Below are positions 1 through 11,736 of a DNA stretch of 64,000 bases, piece after piece. Position numbers and translations under genes: made by a program. The stretch lies in the NCBI RefSeq assembly GCF_041886205.1, contig NZ_CP169029.1; one strand, 5' to 3'. A model generated the notes under the pieces. The model was not told the DNA's origin. It worked only from the letters and a program-made list of their open reading frames with translations, and ran no database searches. Within the stretch, counting starts at the first letter, position 1. Every line of letters begins with the position of its first letter. The stretch comes from Escherichia coli. Its GTDB lineage: Bacteria; Pseudomonadota; Gammaproteobacteria; Enterobacterales; Enterobacteriaceae.

Positions 1-387
1 GTTGCCGTAGCCCAGGAAGTCGCAGAACACGCAGAACCGGTGGTTGAACCGCAGGAAGAGACGGCAGATATTGAAGAAGTTGCCGAAACTGCTGAGGTTG
101 TAGTTGCTGAACCTGAAGTTGTTGCTCAACCTGCCGCGCCAGTCGTCGCTGAAGTCGCAGCAGAAGTTGAAACGGTAGCCGCGGTTGAACCAGAGATCAC
201 CGTTGAGCATAACCACGCTACCGCGCCAATGACGCGCGCTCCGGCACCGGAATATGTTCCGGAGGCACCGCGTCACAGTGACTGGCAGCGCCCTACTTTT
301 GCCTTCGAAGGTAAAGGTGCCGCAGGTGGTCATACGGCAACGCATCATGCCTCTGCCGCTCCTGCGCGTCCGCAACCTGTTGAGTAA
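1..387 (+). CDS. rne: RNase E, C-terminal end (partial; gene starts upstream of window)
   Basis: In-frame ORF running off the 5' edge; acidic/Pro-Ala-Val-rich tail typical of RNase E C-terminus; convergent with flgL as in E. coli. Confidence 0.85.
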   Translation, partial: VAVAQEVAEHAEPVVEPQEETADIEEVAETAEVVVAEPEVVAQPAAPVVAEVAAEVETVAAVEPEITVEHNHATAPMTRAPAPEYVPEAPRHSDWQRPTFAFEGKGAAGGHTATHHASAAPARPQPVE

Positions 388-408
388 TAATTAGCTCAAA
401 GTAATCAA

Positions 409-438
409 GCCCTGGTAACTGCCAGGGCTTTTTTATTT
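409..438 (+). terminator. Intrinsic terminator between convergent rne and flgL
   Basis: GCCCTGG-loop-CCAGGGC hairpin followed by TTTTTTATTT. Confidence 0.6.
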
Positions 439-583
439 CATGTTTGAATCAACATATTAAAATTCATCAAATGGCATCCTTGCTAACCAACAATGCAAAA
501 TAGGCAAAAAAAATGCCCGCCCCGGCGATCCCAGAGCAGGCAGACAAAACATACCCAGTTTCATGATATGTTTTAAAGCGAAA

Positions 584-1537
584 TTATTTGTTGAGCTGGA
601 AGAGCGACAATCCCTGCATATCGGTAAATGCTTTATACGATGCCTGCAATGCCGTTTGCTGCATGATGTAAGATGAAATAGTTGCATTCCAGTCCACATC
701 AACCAGATCGCTCATCTGCTGCGTTTGTCCTAAAGCGCGATCGCTACCTAAGGAATCCAGCGACTCCAGTTCGTTCAGCTGCGTGCCTAATTCCGCGCGA
801 ACGGTCAGCACATTGTTCAGCAAGTTTTTCAGTCCGCGGTTGGTTTTATCTAACGCCGCAGCGGCGGTTTCTTTATCCGCTTCGCTATCCGCGACCGGCG
901 TTTTCAGGGCTGCGATGGCGCTATCCAGCATGGCAAAAAGATTGGTTTCAGAAGCGCTACCGTCTGGTTCCGCTACCGCGTTACTGGTAATACTGTCGAA
1001 AATTTTGTCGCCCGTATGTCCTATCACCATCGAACGCGAAGCATCGACCTGTTGCTTAATACTTTCTGTTCCGCCGACATAATCACCGTTAGCCTCACTA
1101 AACGGCGCAGTCTCTGTTTTATAACCAGCAAAAATGTAGCGCCCATTACCGTCAGTGGTGTTCGCCAGATTCAGCAACTGGTCACGAAGCCCCTGAATAT
1201 CCGTAGCCAGCGAGGCCCGGTCATCGTCACTCAAGGTGCCATTGCTGGCGTAGACAATTTTTTCCTGAGCATTCTGGATAGCAGTGGTGACCTGGCTAAG
1301 TACACTCTCTTCCAGTGACACTTTTTGAGTGGCGAAAGTACGTGCCAGCGTGTACTGGCTGTTTTGCGCCTGTGCCTGGGAGAGAACAACAGCTTGTGAT
1401 GCAGCAATGGGATCGTCAGAAGGGTTAACGACTCGCTTACCCGTCGACATCTGCTCGCCGTACTTCATCCATTCTGCCTGAGAATTGGTGATGCCGCGCA
1501 TGTTTTGCTGGTACATCATCTGGGTACTGAAACGCAT
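584..1537 (-). CDS. flgL: Flagellar hook-associated protein 3
   Basis: 317-aa ORF with flagellin-like termini; sits downstream of flgK. Confidence 0.93.
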   Translation of the reverse strand: MRFSTQMMYQQNMRGITNSQAEWMKYGEQMSTGKRVVNPSDDPIAASQAVVLSQAQAQNSQYTLARTFATQKVSLEESVLSQVTTAIQNAQEKIVYASNGTLSDDDRASLATDIQGLRDQLLNLANTTDGNGRYIFAGYKTETAPFSEANGDYVGGTESIKQQVDASRSMVIGHTGDKIFDSITSNAVAEPDGSASETNLFAMLDSAIAALKTPVADSEADKETAAAALDKTNRGLKNLLNNVLTVRAELGTQLNELESLDSLGSDRALGQTQQMSDLVDVDWNATISSYIMQQTALQASYKAFTDMQGLSLFQLNK

Positions 1538-1548
1538 TTTATCTCCCC

Positions 1549-3192
1549 TTAGCGAATGTTAATCAGCGCATCAAAAATCGCGTTTGCCGTCTGCAGAACC
1601 TGCGCATTCGCCAGGTAATACTGCTGAAAACGTTGCAGATTTCCATACTCCTCATCGAGGTTGACACCGGAAATCGACTGCTGCTGATTGGAAAGCTGCG
1701 TCACCACATTACCTTGCGTGGTGCTACTGGTTTTCAACGTCGCGGTTTTATTACCGATATCACTCACTAACGAGGCATAAGCGTCGTTAAAGGATTTCGC
1801 ACCGCCCACCGTTTTACTGTTGCTTTGCAGATCCAGCAGGGCCTGACCGTTGCGGTTGTCGCTATCACCCGCATCTTCTTCGCTCGCCATCGCTATTTTC
1901 GCTTCGTCGGTGATTAATACATCCATGTTGACGATGGCGTCACTTACTGGTTTCAGCGTGAAACTGTCGTTAACGGCAGGCGTTCCTGTAAACGTCAACT
2001 CCAGACCATCAAATGCCACTTTACCGTTGGCATCCGGCGTCACCGTAAAAGTGGTATTGCTGGCAAGGCGGGTGACCTGCCACTGATTATTATCGAACGA
2101 GATTTTGTAATCAGTCGCCAGTACCGCGGAGGCATCAGTTACCGTGGCACCGATCGCAACGTCACCTTTGTTTTTCGTGTTTTGCAGAACCGCGGGCTTA
2201 CCGATAGCAAAGAAATCTTCACCAGCATCGCCGTTGGCATCAAATCCGGCTTTGTGTTGGCTGTTGAAAGCCTCGGCAAATGCCAGCGCCAGTTGTCCAA
2301 GCGTATTACGCGTCTGGTCCAGATCCTGAGAATGGAATGTCAGAATGCCGCCCAGCGACCCGGTATTCAGTAATTTCTCCGGGATCTCAATATTGCCTGC
2401 CGTCCCATCAACGTAAGCGACAGTCGTACGAGAAGGGTCGGCGCTGGAAGGAACTGCCGCCAGTTGCCGCGCCGTACTTCCCTGAACCAGTGAGTAACCA
2501 TTGGCCATCGTGATGTTATAAGTGCCGCCATCCTGAACGCTGACTTCTACACCAACAATCTGGTTTAATTCGCTCACCAGTTGATCGCGTTGATCCAGCA
2601 GATTGTTAGGTGACGCCCCTGCCCCCACGCCTGTCAGGCGGGAGATTTGATCGTTCAGGCTGGCGATTTGTTTAGCGTAATTGTTGATCTGATCAACGCT
2701 GGCACCTATCGCGATATTGACCTGTTTGTCCTGGTCGCGAAGATACTGATCGGTGGTTTTAAACTGATTCACCAACCCTTCTGATTTCCCAATCAGCGCC
2801 TGGCGCGCTGCCGGGTCTTCCGCGTTACTCACCAGCGTTTGCAGGCTGGTGAAGAAATCCTGCATCTGTGTTGCCAGCGAAGAGGTACTGGTGGAGAGCA
2901 TATTGTCGATTTTCGACATCTGCTCATAGCGGGCAGTCAGGCCGCTACTTTGCGTCTGCGCCGCACGTAACTGGTTGGTAATAAACGCATCATACTCACG
3001 CTGCACACCAGAAACGTAGACACCATTGCCAACCCAGCCGCCAGCGCCCAACGTGCTATTGGCCTGCGCCATAATAGTGGTTTGGCGGGTATATCCGGCA
3101 ACGTTATAGCTGGAGATATTATTACTTGCCGTATTTAACGCCGCCTGGGCCGCGTTCAGTCCGCTCATGGCGTTATTAATCAAGCTGGACAT
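1549..3192 (-). CDS. flgK: Flagellar hook-associated protein 1
   Basis: 547-aa ORF starting MSSLINNAMSGLNAAQAALNTASNNISSYNVAGYTRQT; conserved gene order. Confidence 0.95.
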   Translation of the reverse strand: MSSLINNAMSGLNAAQAALNTASNNISSYNVAGYTRQTTIMAQANSTLGAGGWVGNGVYVSGVQREYDAFITNQLRAAQTQSSGLTARYEQMSKIDNMLSTSTSSLATQMQDFFTSLQTLVSNAEDPAARQALIGKSEGLVNQFKTTDQYLRDQDKQVNIAIGASVDQINNYAKQIASLNDQISRLTGVGAGASPNNLLDQRDQLVSELNQIVGVEVSVQDGGTYNITMANGYSLVQGSTARQLAAVPSSADPSRTTVAYVDGTAGNIEIPEKLLNTGSLGGILTFHSQDLDQTRNTLGQLALAFAEAFNSQHKAGFDANGDAGEDFFAIGKPAVLQNTKNKGDVAIGATVTDASAVLATDYKISFDNNQWQVTRLASNTTFTVTPDANGKVAFDGLELTFTGTPAVNDSFTLKPVSDAIVNMDVLITDEAKIAMASEEDAGDSDNRNGQALLDLQSNSKTVGGAKSFNDAYASLVSDIGNKTATLKTSSTTQGNVVTQLSNQQQSISGVNLDEEYGNLQRFQQYYLANAQVLQTANAIFDALINIR

Positions 3193-3225
3193 GGAGGTTC
3201 CTTATAAGCCGTCAATTACAGAGTA

Positions 3226-3252
3226 TTATCGGCAGCGACCCGCCGGACTTGA
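3226..3252 (-). promoter_or_regulatory. Putative sigma-28 (FliA) class III promoter for flgKL
   Basis: On minus strand TCAAGTCC-N11-GCCGATAA; perfect -10 GCCGATAA, partial -35 match; lies in flgJ-flgK intergenic. Confidence 0.45.
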
Positions 3253-3257
3253 GTTAT

Positions 3258-4199
3258 TCAGAACAGATTATCAATGTTCATACTGTAGGTTTTGCTCACC
3301 TTGTCGCTTATCGATTTCATCTGCTGAATCATGTTGGTGAGTTTGCGGGCATAGTGAGGATCGGTAGCATACCCCGCGTCCTGTAGGGCCTGCGCCCCCT
3401 GCTCCGCACTCGCGGCTGTCGTCACGGCTGCGTAGCGCGGGTTACGTGTTAACAGCCCAACGTAATCCGACAATGCTTCCAGATACGAGCTGTAGACCCG
3501 AAACTTCGCTTTTACTTTCTTCGCTTCGCCATTTTCATATTCAGTCGTGGTGATTTCAGTAACTGGCCCTTTCCAGTTGCCAGAGGCTTTGACACCAAAC
3601 AGGTTATAGCTCGGCTCGCCGTTTTCGCGGCGGATTTGCCGTTGCCCCCAACCAGATTCCAGCGCCGCCTGAGCGAGGATCAAATGATGTGGCACACCGC
3701 TTTGCTGGCTTGCCAGTTGGGCGGGCAGCGAGAGTTGCGCGAGGAATGCTTTACTGTCACCCGGCAGCGAATCATCGTAGTTACGTGGCACGGCCTTTTG
3801 CACCAGCTGCGAAAGCGCCTGATTTTGATAACGCACCACGGTTTCGAGCGGGAATTTCATCGGTGCTGCTGGCGTGGACTCCTCTGGCAATGGTTGTTCT
3901 GGCGTCATCTGCTTAACCATCATCTCTGCAAGCCCCAGACCTTTGCCCGCCGTCATCTGTTGGGCAATCTGCTGGTCATACATACTGGTATACAGGCGAG
4001 TGTGCTCGCTGCTGAACAAGCCATCTTTTGGTAAAGCGTCGCGCATGCTTTTCAACATCATCTGCACGAACATCCCTTCCACCTGACGGGCCACCGGACG
4101 GATATTTGCCGCCGGATCTTCGCTCGCTTTCGCCTTTAGTTCGTTGAGTGATTGCGCATCCCAGGCCGCACTTGCCAGTAGTTTGCTGTCGCTGATCAT
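3258..4199 (-). CDS. flgJ: Flagellar peptidoglycan hydrolase (rod assembly / muramidase)
   Basis: Track ORF 3258..4229 trimmed to Met of [14 protein letters not shown]; start overlaps flgI stop by 1 nt (TGATG). Confidence 0.9.
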   Translation of the reverse strand: MISDSKLLASAAWDAQSLNELKAKASEDPAANIRPVARQVEGMFVQMMLKSMRDALPKDGLFSSEHTRLYTSMYDQQIAQQMTAGKGLGLAEMMVKQMTPEQPLPEESTPAAPMKFPLETVVRYQNQALSQLVQKAVPRNYDDSLPGDSKAFLAQLSLPAQLASQQSGVPHHLILAQAALESGWGQRQIRRENGEPSYNLFGVKASGNWKGPVTEITTTEYENGEAKKVKAKFRVYSSYLEALSDYVGLLTRNPRYAAVTTAASAEQGAQALQDAGYATDPHYARKLTNMIQQMKSISDKVSKTYSMNIDNLF

Positions 4200-5299
4200 C
4201 AGATGATTTCCAGTTTTGCCCGCAGACATCCCGCACTTTGCATTGATTGCAAAATAGACATCAGATCCATCGGCGTAGCGCCCAGCGCATTGAGCGCACG
4301 CACCACGTTATTGAGGCTGGCGCTGGAACGTACGCTTTGCAGCGAACCGCCGCTCTGGCGTAAATCGATCTGCGTTTGTGGAGTAACCACAGTCTGTCCA
4401 CCACCAAACGGTGTATCTGGCTGGCTGACATTGGCCTGACGATTAACTGTTACTGAGAGATTTCCCTGCGCTACCGCGCAGCTGTCGAGGGTCACTTCGC
4501 GATTCATCACCACCGAACCGGTGCGCGAGTTAATAACTACTTTAGCGTCCTGCGGGGTGACATTAACCTGCATATTCTGGATATCTGCAAGGAAACGGAC
4601 CTGGGAACTGTTGCCACTCGGTACGCGCACCTGAATAGTCCGCGCATCTAACGCGGTGGCGCTGCCATATCCACGCACGCGGTTGATGGTGTCAGCGATT
4701 TGCTGCGCCATGCTGAAATCTTCGTCGTTAAGTTGCAAATTAAGGGTATTCCCGACGCCAAACTGGCTGGGTAATTCACGTTCAATAACTGCACCATTGG
4801 TGATCCGTCCACCGTTCAGTTGGTTCACCTGAACACTGCTACCGCCAGCGGAGGCTCCTGCGCCGCCAACCAGAATATTGCCCTGCGCCAGCGCATACAC
4901 CTGACTGTCAACGCCCTTAAGCGGTGTCATCAACAATGTGCCGCCACGCAAGCTTTTGGCATTTCCCATGGAAGAAACCACCACATCGATGGTTTGCCCC
5001 TGACGTCCAAACGGAGGAAGTGACGCTGTCACCATTACCGCAGCGACGTTTTTTAGCTGCATATTGGTGCCCGTCGGAACGGTAATTCCCAGCTGTGAGA
5101 GCATGTTATTAAGCGTTTGTGTGGTAAACGGCGTCTGGGTTGTCTGGTCACCGGTGCCATCCAGCCCCACCACCAGACCATAGCCAATCAGTGAGTTTTG
5201 CCTTACCCCCTGAACACTGGTGAGATCGCGAATACGCTCAGCCTGAGCCGCCGTCGTAACCAGTAGAAGAATTAATGCAGAGAGAAATTTAATCACCAC
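4199..5299 (-). CDS. flgI: Flagellar P-ring protein
   Basis: 366-aa ORF with signal peptide ([11 protein letters not shown]); conserved order. Confidence 0.92.
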
Positions 5300-5307
5300 A
5301 GCCTCAC

Positions 5308-6006
5308 TTACATTGGCGACAGGTTAAGGAAGAAACGTTGCAACCAGCCCATATTTTGCGCTTCGTTAATGTAGCCATTGCCTACGTATTCAATGCGCGC
5401 ATCCGCCACCTGAGTAGACGGTACGGTATTGCTGCCGCTGATGGTGCGTGGATTAACCACGCCAGAGAAGCGAATAAATTCGGTACCCTGATTAATGGCA
5501 ATCTGTTTTTCACCCACCACATGCAGGTTGCCGTTGACCAGTACCTGGTCAACCGTCACCGTCAACGTACCGCTAAAGGTATTGCTGGCATTGGCCCCGC
5601 CTTTTCCGTTGAACGTGTTACCACCAGAGGCTTCGACATCGGCACGAGCGTTACCAAACACCCCCTGCAAATAGCGCGGCACAGTATCAAAGCCAAAATT
5701 AGTTTTACCGTCACGGCTGGCATTCGCAGAGGAGCTTTTGCTGGCGCTGACGTTCTCCTGCAACACGATGGTCAGCGTATCGCCAATATTGCGTGGTCGA
5801 CGATCTTCAAACAGCGGTTGATAGCCATAGTTAATCGGCTGAGCAGACTGGAAAATAGAACCGTTGGCAACGGGAGTCGGACCGGGAACCGGTTGTGCAC
5901 TGGTTGCCCCCTGCACCAGCGGCGTGGAGGGTATCCAGGCGCAGCCGGTTAGTGAAAGCACCAACAAGCTGGAAATGGCATAAGTATGCGCAGCGTTTTT
6001 TTGCAT
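5308..6006 (-). CDS. flgH: Flagellar L-ring lipoprotein
   Basis: Track ORF trimmed to [22 protein letters not shown] (lipobox); start codon checked at 6004-6006. Confidence 0.9.
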
Positions 6007-6058
6007 GGCTATCATCTTCAAAAATCAGTAAACCGGTGAACCTGCCACCGGTTATGCC

Positions 6059-6859
<801 letters not shown>

Positions 6860-6886
6860 TTAGTGACAAAGTGCATATGTCTTCTT

Positions 6887-6920
<34 letters not shown>

Positions 6921-7012
6921 AAGTGCTCGCAAAATCGATAAATTGCGATTGCCCCCATAGACCCGATAAACTTGCGCATCGGGCAACTTATACTTGTCAT
7001 GTATCCTTTCAA

Positions 7013-7768
7013 TTAACTCATCGACAGCAGTTGGTTGGCACGGCCTGCGTTATCATCGACGCTGCTGATCACCTTCATCTGCATTTCAAAACGCCGCGCG
7101 CTGGCAATCATGTCGCTCATTGCCGCAACGGCATTGACGTTACTGCCTTCCAGAACCCCCGACATCACACGCAAGGTTGGATCTGCCTGCAGTACAGGCC
7201 CACGCGTGGCCTGGGTTTCTGCGCTTAAACGAAAAATGCCGTCGTCACCGCGCTGCACTTCGCTGCCCGTGGCTTTCACCAGCTTCAGACGCCCCACTGG
7301 CGCAACCGTATTTGCCGGATCGCCCGGATTCAGCGCCGAGATTGTGCCATCGGCAGCAATCGTGATTTCCGCCCCTTCCGGCACAGCAATTGGCCCCGCC
7401 TCGCCTATCACCGGATGCCCCTGAATTGTCAGTTGCCCGGTGGGATCAACCTGAATGCTGCCATTACGCGTATACCCTTCGCTGCCGTCAGCGGTCTGCA
7501 CGGCCAGCCAACCATCCTGCTGCAACGCAACGTCCAGCGGGCGCGAGGTGTAATCCATCTTGCCGGGCGTCATGTCTGCACCCGGCGTTGACGCCGTTAC
7601 CAGCGTGCGCGTGGGCAGTGAAAGCCCTTCCACCGGCACTGCGCGCAAGGCGTTTAACTGCGCGCGAAAACCGGGCGTAGAGGCATTGGCCAGATTACTG
7701 GCGGTTACCGCCTGTTGATTCAACGTCTGGCTGGCTGCTCCCATCGCGGTATAAATTGCGTGATCCAT
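7013..7768 (-). CDS. flgF: Flagellar proximal rod protein
   Basis: 251-aa ORF; rod-protein family; conserved order. Confidence 0.95.
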   Translation of the reverse strand: MDHAIYTAMGAASQTLNQQAVTASNLANASTPGFRAQLNALRAVPVEGLSLPTRTLVTASTPGADMTPGKMDYTSRPLDVALQQDGWLAVQTADGSEGYTRNGSIQVDPTGQLTIQGHPVIGEAGPIAVPEGAEITIAADGTISALNPGDPANTVAPVGRLKLVKATGSEVQRGDDGIFRLSAETQATRGPVLQADPTLRVMSGVLEGSNVNAVAAMSDMIASARRFEMQMKVISSVDDNAGRANQLLSMS

Positions 7769-7787
7769 TGAGCTATCCCGTCAGCGA

Positions 7788-8993
7788 TTAGCGTAAGTTA
7801 ACCAGCGTGTTGAGGATCTGGTCCTGGGTTTTGATGGTCTGGGCGTTAGACTGATAGTTACGCTGGGCAACGATCATATTGACCAGTTCTTTACTGAGAT
7901 CGACGTTGGACGCTTCCAGCGCACCGTTGGTCAGGGTGCCAAAGTTGCCCGTCCCGGCTGTCCCCAACAGCGCCACGCCAGAAGATTGCGTCGCAGACCA
8001 GACGTTGTCGCCTTCGGATGCCAGACCTTCGTTGTTGGCAAAGTTCGCCAGTACAATCTGCCCCAGCAGTTGGGTTTGTTCGTTGGAATAGTTGCCGACA
8101 ACCGTACCGTCATCATTGATTTGATAACTCACCAGATCGCCCGGTTTGTAGCCATTCTGGGTGGTTGCCACAATATTGTTAGCGCCGGTATTTTGCTGCA
8201 TGGAGTTGAGGAAGCTCAGGCTAAACGTGGCGGGTTCTGCACCGTTAATTGCGCCAGTGGTAATATTCTCTGTTGGATTTGACGTCAGAACGCCATTGGC
8301 ATTAAACACCAGCGTCATTGCATGGTCAGCTGTGCCTGTTGGATCACTGCTATCCTGGGTGTAGACCTGCCAGTTATTATCCCCGGTCTTCACAAAGTAC
8401 ACGCTCATGTCATGAGCATTACCCTGACTATCGAAAACAGTCACCGAACCTTTTTTGTTATAGCTATCCGCATTGCTGGCATCAAATGCGTTAACAGAGG
8501 GAAGCGGATCGCTGGAATTCAGGTTGATCTGCATCGACGCCGTGGTGGTAGTTTTCGCTGCCATCAGGGTATTCGGGATCGAAATGTTAGTCGGATTCGC
8601 CCCTTGCTGAATAGTCGGCGGCGTACCGGTTGCCGGGTAACCGGTCAGCTGTAAACCTTGCATATTCACCAGGTTACGGTTTTCATCCAGCTTAAATTGT
8701 CCGTTACGGCTGTAGAACACCGAACCGTTGCTGTCTACCAGACGGAAAAAACCGTTCTGGCTGATAGCAACGTCCAGACCACGCCCGGTGTTGGTGGTCG
8801 TGCCATCGGTAAAGTCCTGAGTGATACCGGCAACTTTTACCCCCAGTCCCACTTTCGAACCGGCAAACATATCGGCAAAAGAGGCCGTGCCTGATTTAAA
8901 GCCGTATGTGGCGGAGTTGGCGATATTGTTGCCAATAACATCGAGGTTGGTGGCGGCAGCGTTTAATCCGCTAACCGCTTGAGAAAAGGCCAT
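7788..8993 (-). CDS. flgE: Flagellar hook protein
   Basis: 401-aa ORF starting MAFSQAVSGLNAAATNLDVIGNNIANS. Confidence 0.95.
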   Translation of the reverse strand: MAFSQAVSGLNAAATNLDVIGNNIANSATYGFKSGTASFADMFAGSKVGLGVKVAGITQDFTDGTTTNTGRGLDVAISQNGFFRLVDSNGSVFYSRNGQFKLDENRNLVNMQGLQLTGYPATGTPPTIQQGANPTNISIPNTLMAAKTTTTASMQINLNSSDPLPSVNAFDASNADSYNKKGSVTVFDSQGNAHDMSVYFVKTGDNNWQVYTQDSSDPTGTADHAMTLVFNANGVLTSNPTENITTGAINGAEPATFSLSFLNSMQQNTGANNIVATTQNGYKPGDLVSYQINDDGTVVGNYSNEQTQLLGQIVLANFANNEGLASEGDNVWSATQSSGVALLGTAGTGNFGTLTNGALEASNVDLSKELVNMIVAQRNYQSNAQTIKTQDQILNTLVNLR

Positions 8994-9017
8994 GACTGAC
9001 TCCTGAAATGTGAAGGC

Positions 9018-9713
9018 TTAAATTATCTGCCGTACTTCGTCGAGGGTGGTGGTGCCGTAAGTGCCGAGATCCAGCGTATTACCGTTGTTGCCGCGGATCA
9101 CACCCTGCACCAGAGCAAACTGCAGCGGCTGGGCAACCAGTTGTGTACCACCGTTACTGGCGCTAATCGCTACGTTGTAAGAACCGTTCGGCGCAGTGCT
9201 GCCGTCAGTCAACGTACCGTCCCAGGTGAAACTGTGGACTCCGGCGGTCAGTTCACCAATATCAATGGTGCGCACAACCGCGCCATTTTTATCGGTGATG
9301 GTGGCCGTAACTTTGTCTGCCGCCTGTTGCAGCTCAACACCAAACGGCGTGGTCGTGGTCACAGCCCCTTCTTCACTGCCGGTTCCCGCAAGAACAGTGG
9401 TGCCGGGGATCATCACGCCGTGACCGATCAGGTTACTGGCCTGTAACGACTGGCTGTTATCAATCTGTCCGGAAATAGATCCGAGCGTGGTATTGAGTTT
9501 TTCAATCCCGCTGACCGTGCTGATTTGTGCCAATTGCGACGTCAGCTCGTTGTTTTCCATTGGATTGGTCGGGTCCTGGTTTTTCAGCTGCGCCACCAAC
9601 AAAGTCAGAAAACTGCTTTGTAAATCTGCGGCGTTGCTGCCCGTGAGCGAACTACTGCTGGTGGTACTGACGCCGGTATTTGTCGGATCGGTGGTGGTTA
9701 CCGCAATGGACAT
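9018..9713 (-). CDS. flgD: Flagellar hook capping / scaffold protein
   Basis: 231-aa ORF; conserved order. Confidence 0.95.
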   Translation of the reverse strand: MSIAVTTTDPTNTGVSTTSSSSLTGSNAADLQSSFLTLLVAQLKNQDPTNPMENNELTSQLAQISTVSGIEKLNTTLGSISGQIDNSQSLQASNLIGHGVMIPGTTVLAGTGSEEGAVTTTTPFGVELQQAADKVTATITDKNGAVVRTIDIGELTAGVHSFTWDGTLTDGSTAPNGSYNVAISASNGGTQLVAQPLQFALVQGVIRGNNGNTLDLGTYGTTTLDEVRQII

Positions 9714-9724
9714 AGCTTTCTCCT

Positions 9725-10129
9725 TTATTGACCGAGCGTAAGGGTTTTCAGCATCATGCTTTTCACCGTGTTGAGCACTTCAACATTGGCCTGATAGCTG
9801 CGTGACGCCGACATGGTGTTAACCATCTCCCCGACGACATCAACGTTCGGCATTTTTACGTAGCCCTTTGCATCCGCCAGCGGATTACCCGGTTCATAAA
9901 CCAGTTTGTCCGGGGCCTGACTTTCTATAACATCGGCAACCTTTACGCCGCCTGTCGTAGCACCTGGTGCAGCGTTAACCTGGAATACCACCTGTTTTGC
10001 CCGATATGGCTGTCCATCAGGACCGGTCACGCTATCAGCATTCGCCAGATTACTGGCCGCCACGTTCAGGCGCTGGGACTGGGCAGTTAACGCCGACCCG
10101 GCGATATCAAAAATATTCAGCAGTGCCAT
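9725..10129 (-). CDS. flgC: Flagellar proximal rod protein
   Basis: 134-aa ORF. Confidence 0.95.
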   Translation of the reverse strand: MALLNIFDIAGSALTAQSQRLNVAASNLANADSVTGPDGQPYRAKQVVFQVNAAPGATTGGVKVADVIESQAPDKLVYEPGNPLADAKGYVKMPNVDVVGEMVNTMSASRSYQANVEVLNTVKSMMLKTLTLGQ

Positions 10130-10132
10130 CCG

Positions 10133-10549
10133 TTAATTTCCGCTCTGTAAAACGTTCATCATGCCTTTGATTTGCCCGCTCAACGCACTAAGGCTCATCT
10201 GGTATTGCAGGCTGTTATCGGCAAACTGGGTGCGTTCGCGATCCATATCGACGGTATTACCGTCAAGCGAAGGCTGGTCCGGAATACGGTATTGCAGTTC
10301 TGCGGTAGGAGGCGTCAGCGCCTGCGCCGGAATGTGTTGCGTTGAGGTCATCGTCAGTGCAACCACGCTGGTTGCATCCCGTCCACGTTGCATGACTTTT
10401 TTAAGTTCACTGGCAAAATCGATATCGCGCGCCTGATAACCAGGGGTATCGGCGTTGGCGATGTTTGCTGCCAGCACTTCCTGACGCTGGGCGCGCAGAT
10501 TGAGCGCCTCTTGTTGAAAACGTAAGGCGGCGTCGAGCTTATCGAGCAT
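10133..10549 (-). CDS. flgB: Flagellar proximal rod protein
   Basis: 138-aa ORF; first gene of flgB operon. Confidence 0.95.
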
Positions 10550-10703
10550 ATCTCCTCCGCAGGTATCAAAATTCTGCCATCAGCTTAAATGCCTTTACGC
10601 GCGCGTTATCGGCGGAATAAACGCAAAATGGGTCGCTATTTATGCCGTTGATGACCATTGCGGACAGGTACAATTCACGTTGTAGAAATGGCTGGGGGCG
10701 AAA
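10550..10703. promoter_or_regulatory. Divergent flgB / flgA class II (FlhDC-dependent) promoter region
   Basis: Intergenic between divergent flgB and flgA; promoter elements not individually resolved. Confidence 0.6.
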
Positions 10704-11363
10704 ATGCTGGCAATAAAACGTAGCGTGGCGATCATCGCGATACTGTTCAGTCCGTTAAGTGCGGCGAGCAATCTCACATCGCAATTGCAAACCTTTTTTA
10801 GCGCCCAGCTCGCAGGGATAAGTGATGAGGTTCGTGTTTCTATTCGTACAGCGCCCAATCTACTACCGCCGTGCGAGCAGCCATTGCTTTCGATGAGCAA
10901 TAATTCCCGCTTGTGGGGCAATGTGAATGTGTTGGCACGCTGCGGTAACGACAAACGATATTTACAGGTTAATGTGCAAGCCACAGGAAATTATGTGGTT
11001 GCCGCGATGCCCATTGTGCGAGGAGGAAAGCTGGGAGCTGGCAATGTCAAACTGAAACGCGGACGGCTGGATACCTTGCCACCGCATACGGTGCTGGATA
11101 TCAATCAACTTGTTGATGCCGTTAGCCTGCGCGATCTATCACCCGATCAACCTATCCAGTTAACCCAGTTTCGCCAGGCATGGCGGGTAAAAGCGGGACA
11201 ACGCGTCAACGTGATCGCCAGCGGTGATGGGTTTAGCGCCAACGCAGAAGGTCAGGCGCTGAACAATGCAGCCGTCGCACAGAATGCGCGGGTGCGCATG
11301 GTATCTGGACAGGTAGTCAGCGGCGTTGTTGATGCAGATGGGAATATTCTTATAAACCTGTAA
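10704..11363 (+). CDS. flgA: Flagellar P-ring assembly chaperone
   Basis: 219-aa ORF with signal peptide; conserved order. Confidence 0.9.
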   Translation: MLAIKRSVAIIAILFSPLSAASNLTSQLQTFFSAQLAGISDEVRVSIRTAPNLLPPCEQPLLSMSNNSRLWGNVNVLARCGNDKRYLQVNVQATGNYVVAAMPIVRGGKLGAGNVKLKRGRLDTLPPHTVLDINQLVDAVSLRDLSPDQPIQLTQFRQAWRVKAGQRVNVIASGDGFSANAEGQALNNAAVAQNARVRMVSGQVVSGVVDADGNILINL

Positions 11364-11368
11364 GCTGT

Positions 11369-11395
11369 TAAAGATTACCCGTCCCTTGCCGATAA
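11369..11395 (+). promoter_or_regulatory. Sigma-28 (FliA) class III promoter for flgMN
   Basis: TAAAGATT-N11-GCCGATAA, near-consensus, just upstream of flgM. Confidence 0.65.
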
Positions 11396-11438
11396 ATAAG
11401 CAACACATGATAAAAGCGCCCTCAATGAGGAATAAACC

Positions 11439-11732
11439 ATGAGTATTGATCGCACTTCGCCTCTGAAGCCCGTAAGCACCGTTCAACCGCGCGAAACCAC
11501 TGACGCGCCGGTAACGAACACCCGGGCGGCAAAAACAACAGCATCCACCAGCACCAGTGTGACGTTAAGCGACGCGCAAGCAAAACTGATGCAACCCGGC
11601 AGCAGTGATATCAATCTTGAACGTGTCGAAGCGTTAAAACTGGCGATTCGTAACGGTGAACTAAAAATGGACACCGGCAAAATTGCCGATGCGCTGATCA
11701 ACGAAGCGCAGCAAGACTTGCAGAGTAATTAA
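11439..11732 (+). CDS. flgM: Anti-sigma-28 factor
   Basis: 97-aa ORF; conserved position. Confidence 0.95.
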   Translation: MSIDRTSPLKPVSTVQPRETTDAPVTNTRAAKTTASTSTSVTLSDAQAKLMQPGSSDINLERVEALKLAIRNGELKMDTGKIADALINEAQQDLQSN

Positions 11733-11736
11733 TCGT

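Noticed and set aside
3258-4229. N-terminally extended track ORFs (flgJ, flgH, murJ, yceM, mdtH, yceB, dinI region, yceJ, yceA, lpxL, opgH, opgG, clsC, csgC, csgB, ycdZ, ghrA, Ag43, yeeP)
   Set aside because: The longest-ORF starts run into upstream genes or lack ribosome-binding sites; starts were moved to the internal Met/Val matching the known protein N-termini.
5338-5952. 204-aa plus-strand ORF
   Set aside because: Antisense within flgH; arginine-rich translation typical of a reverse frame of a real gene.
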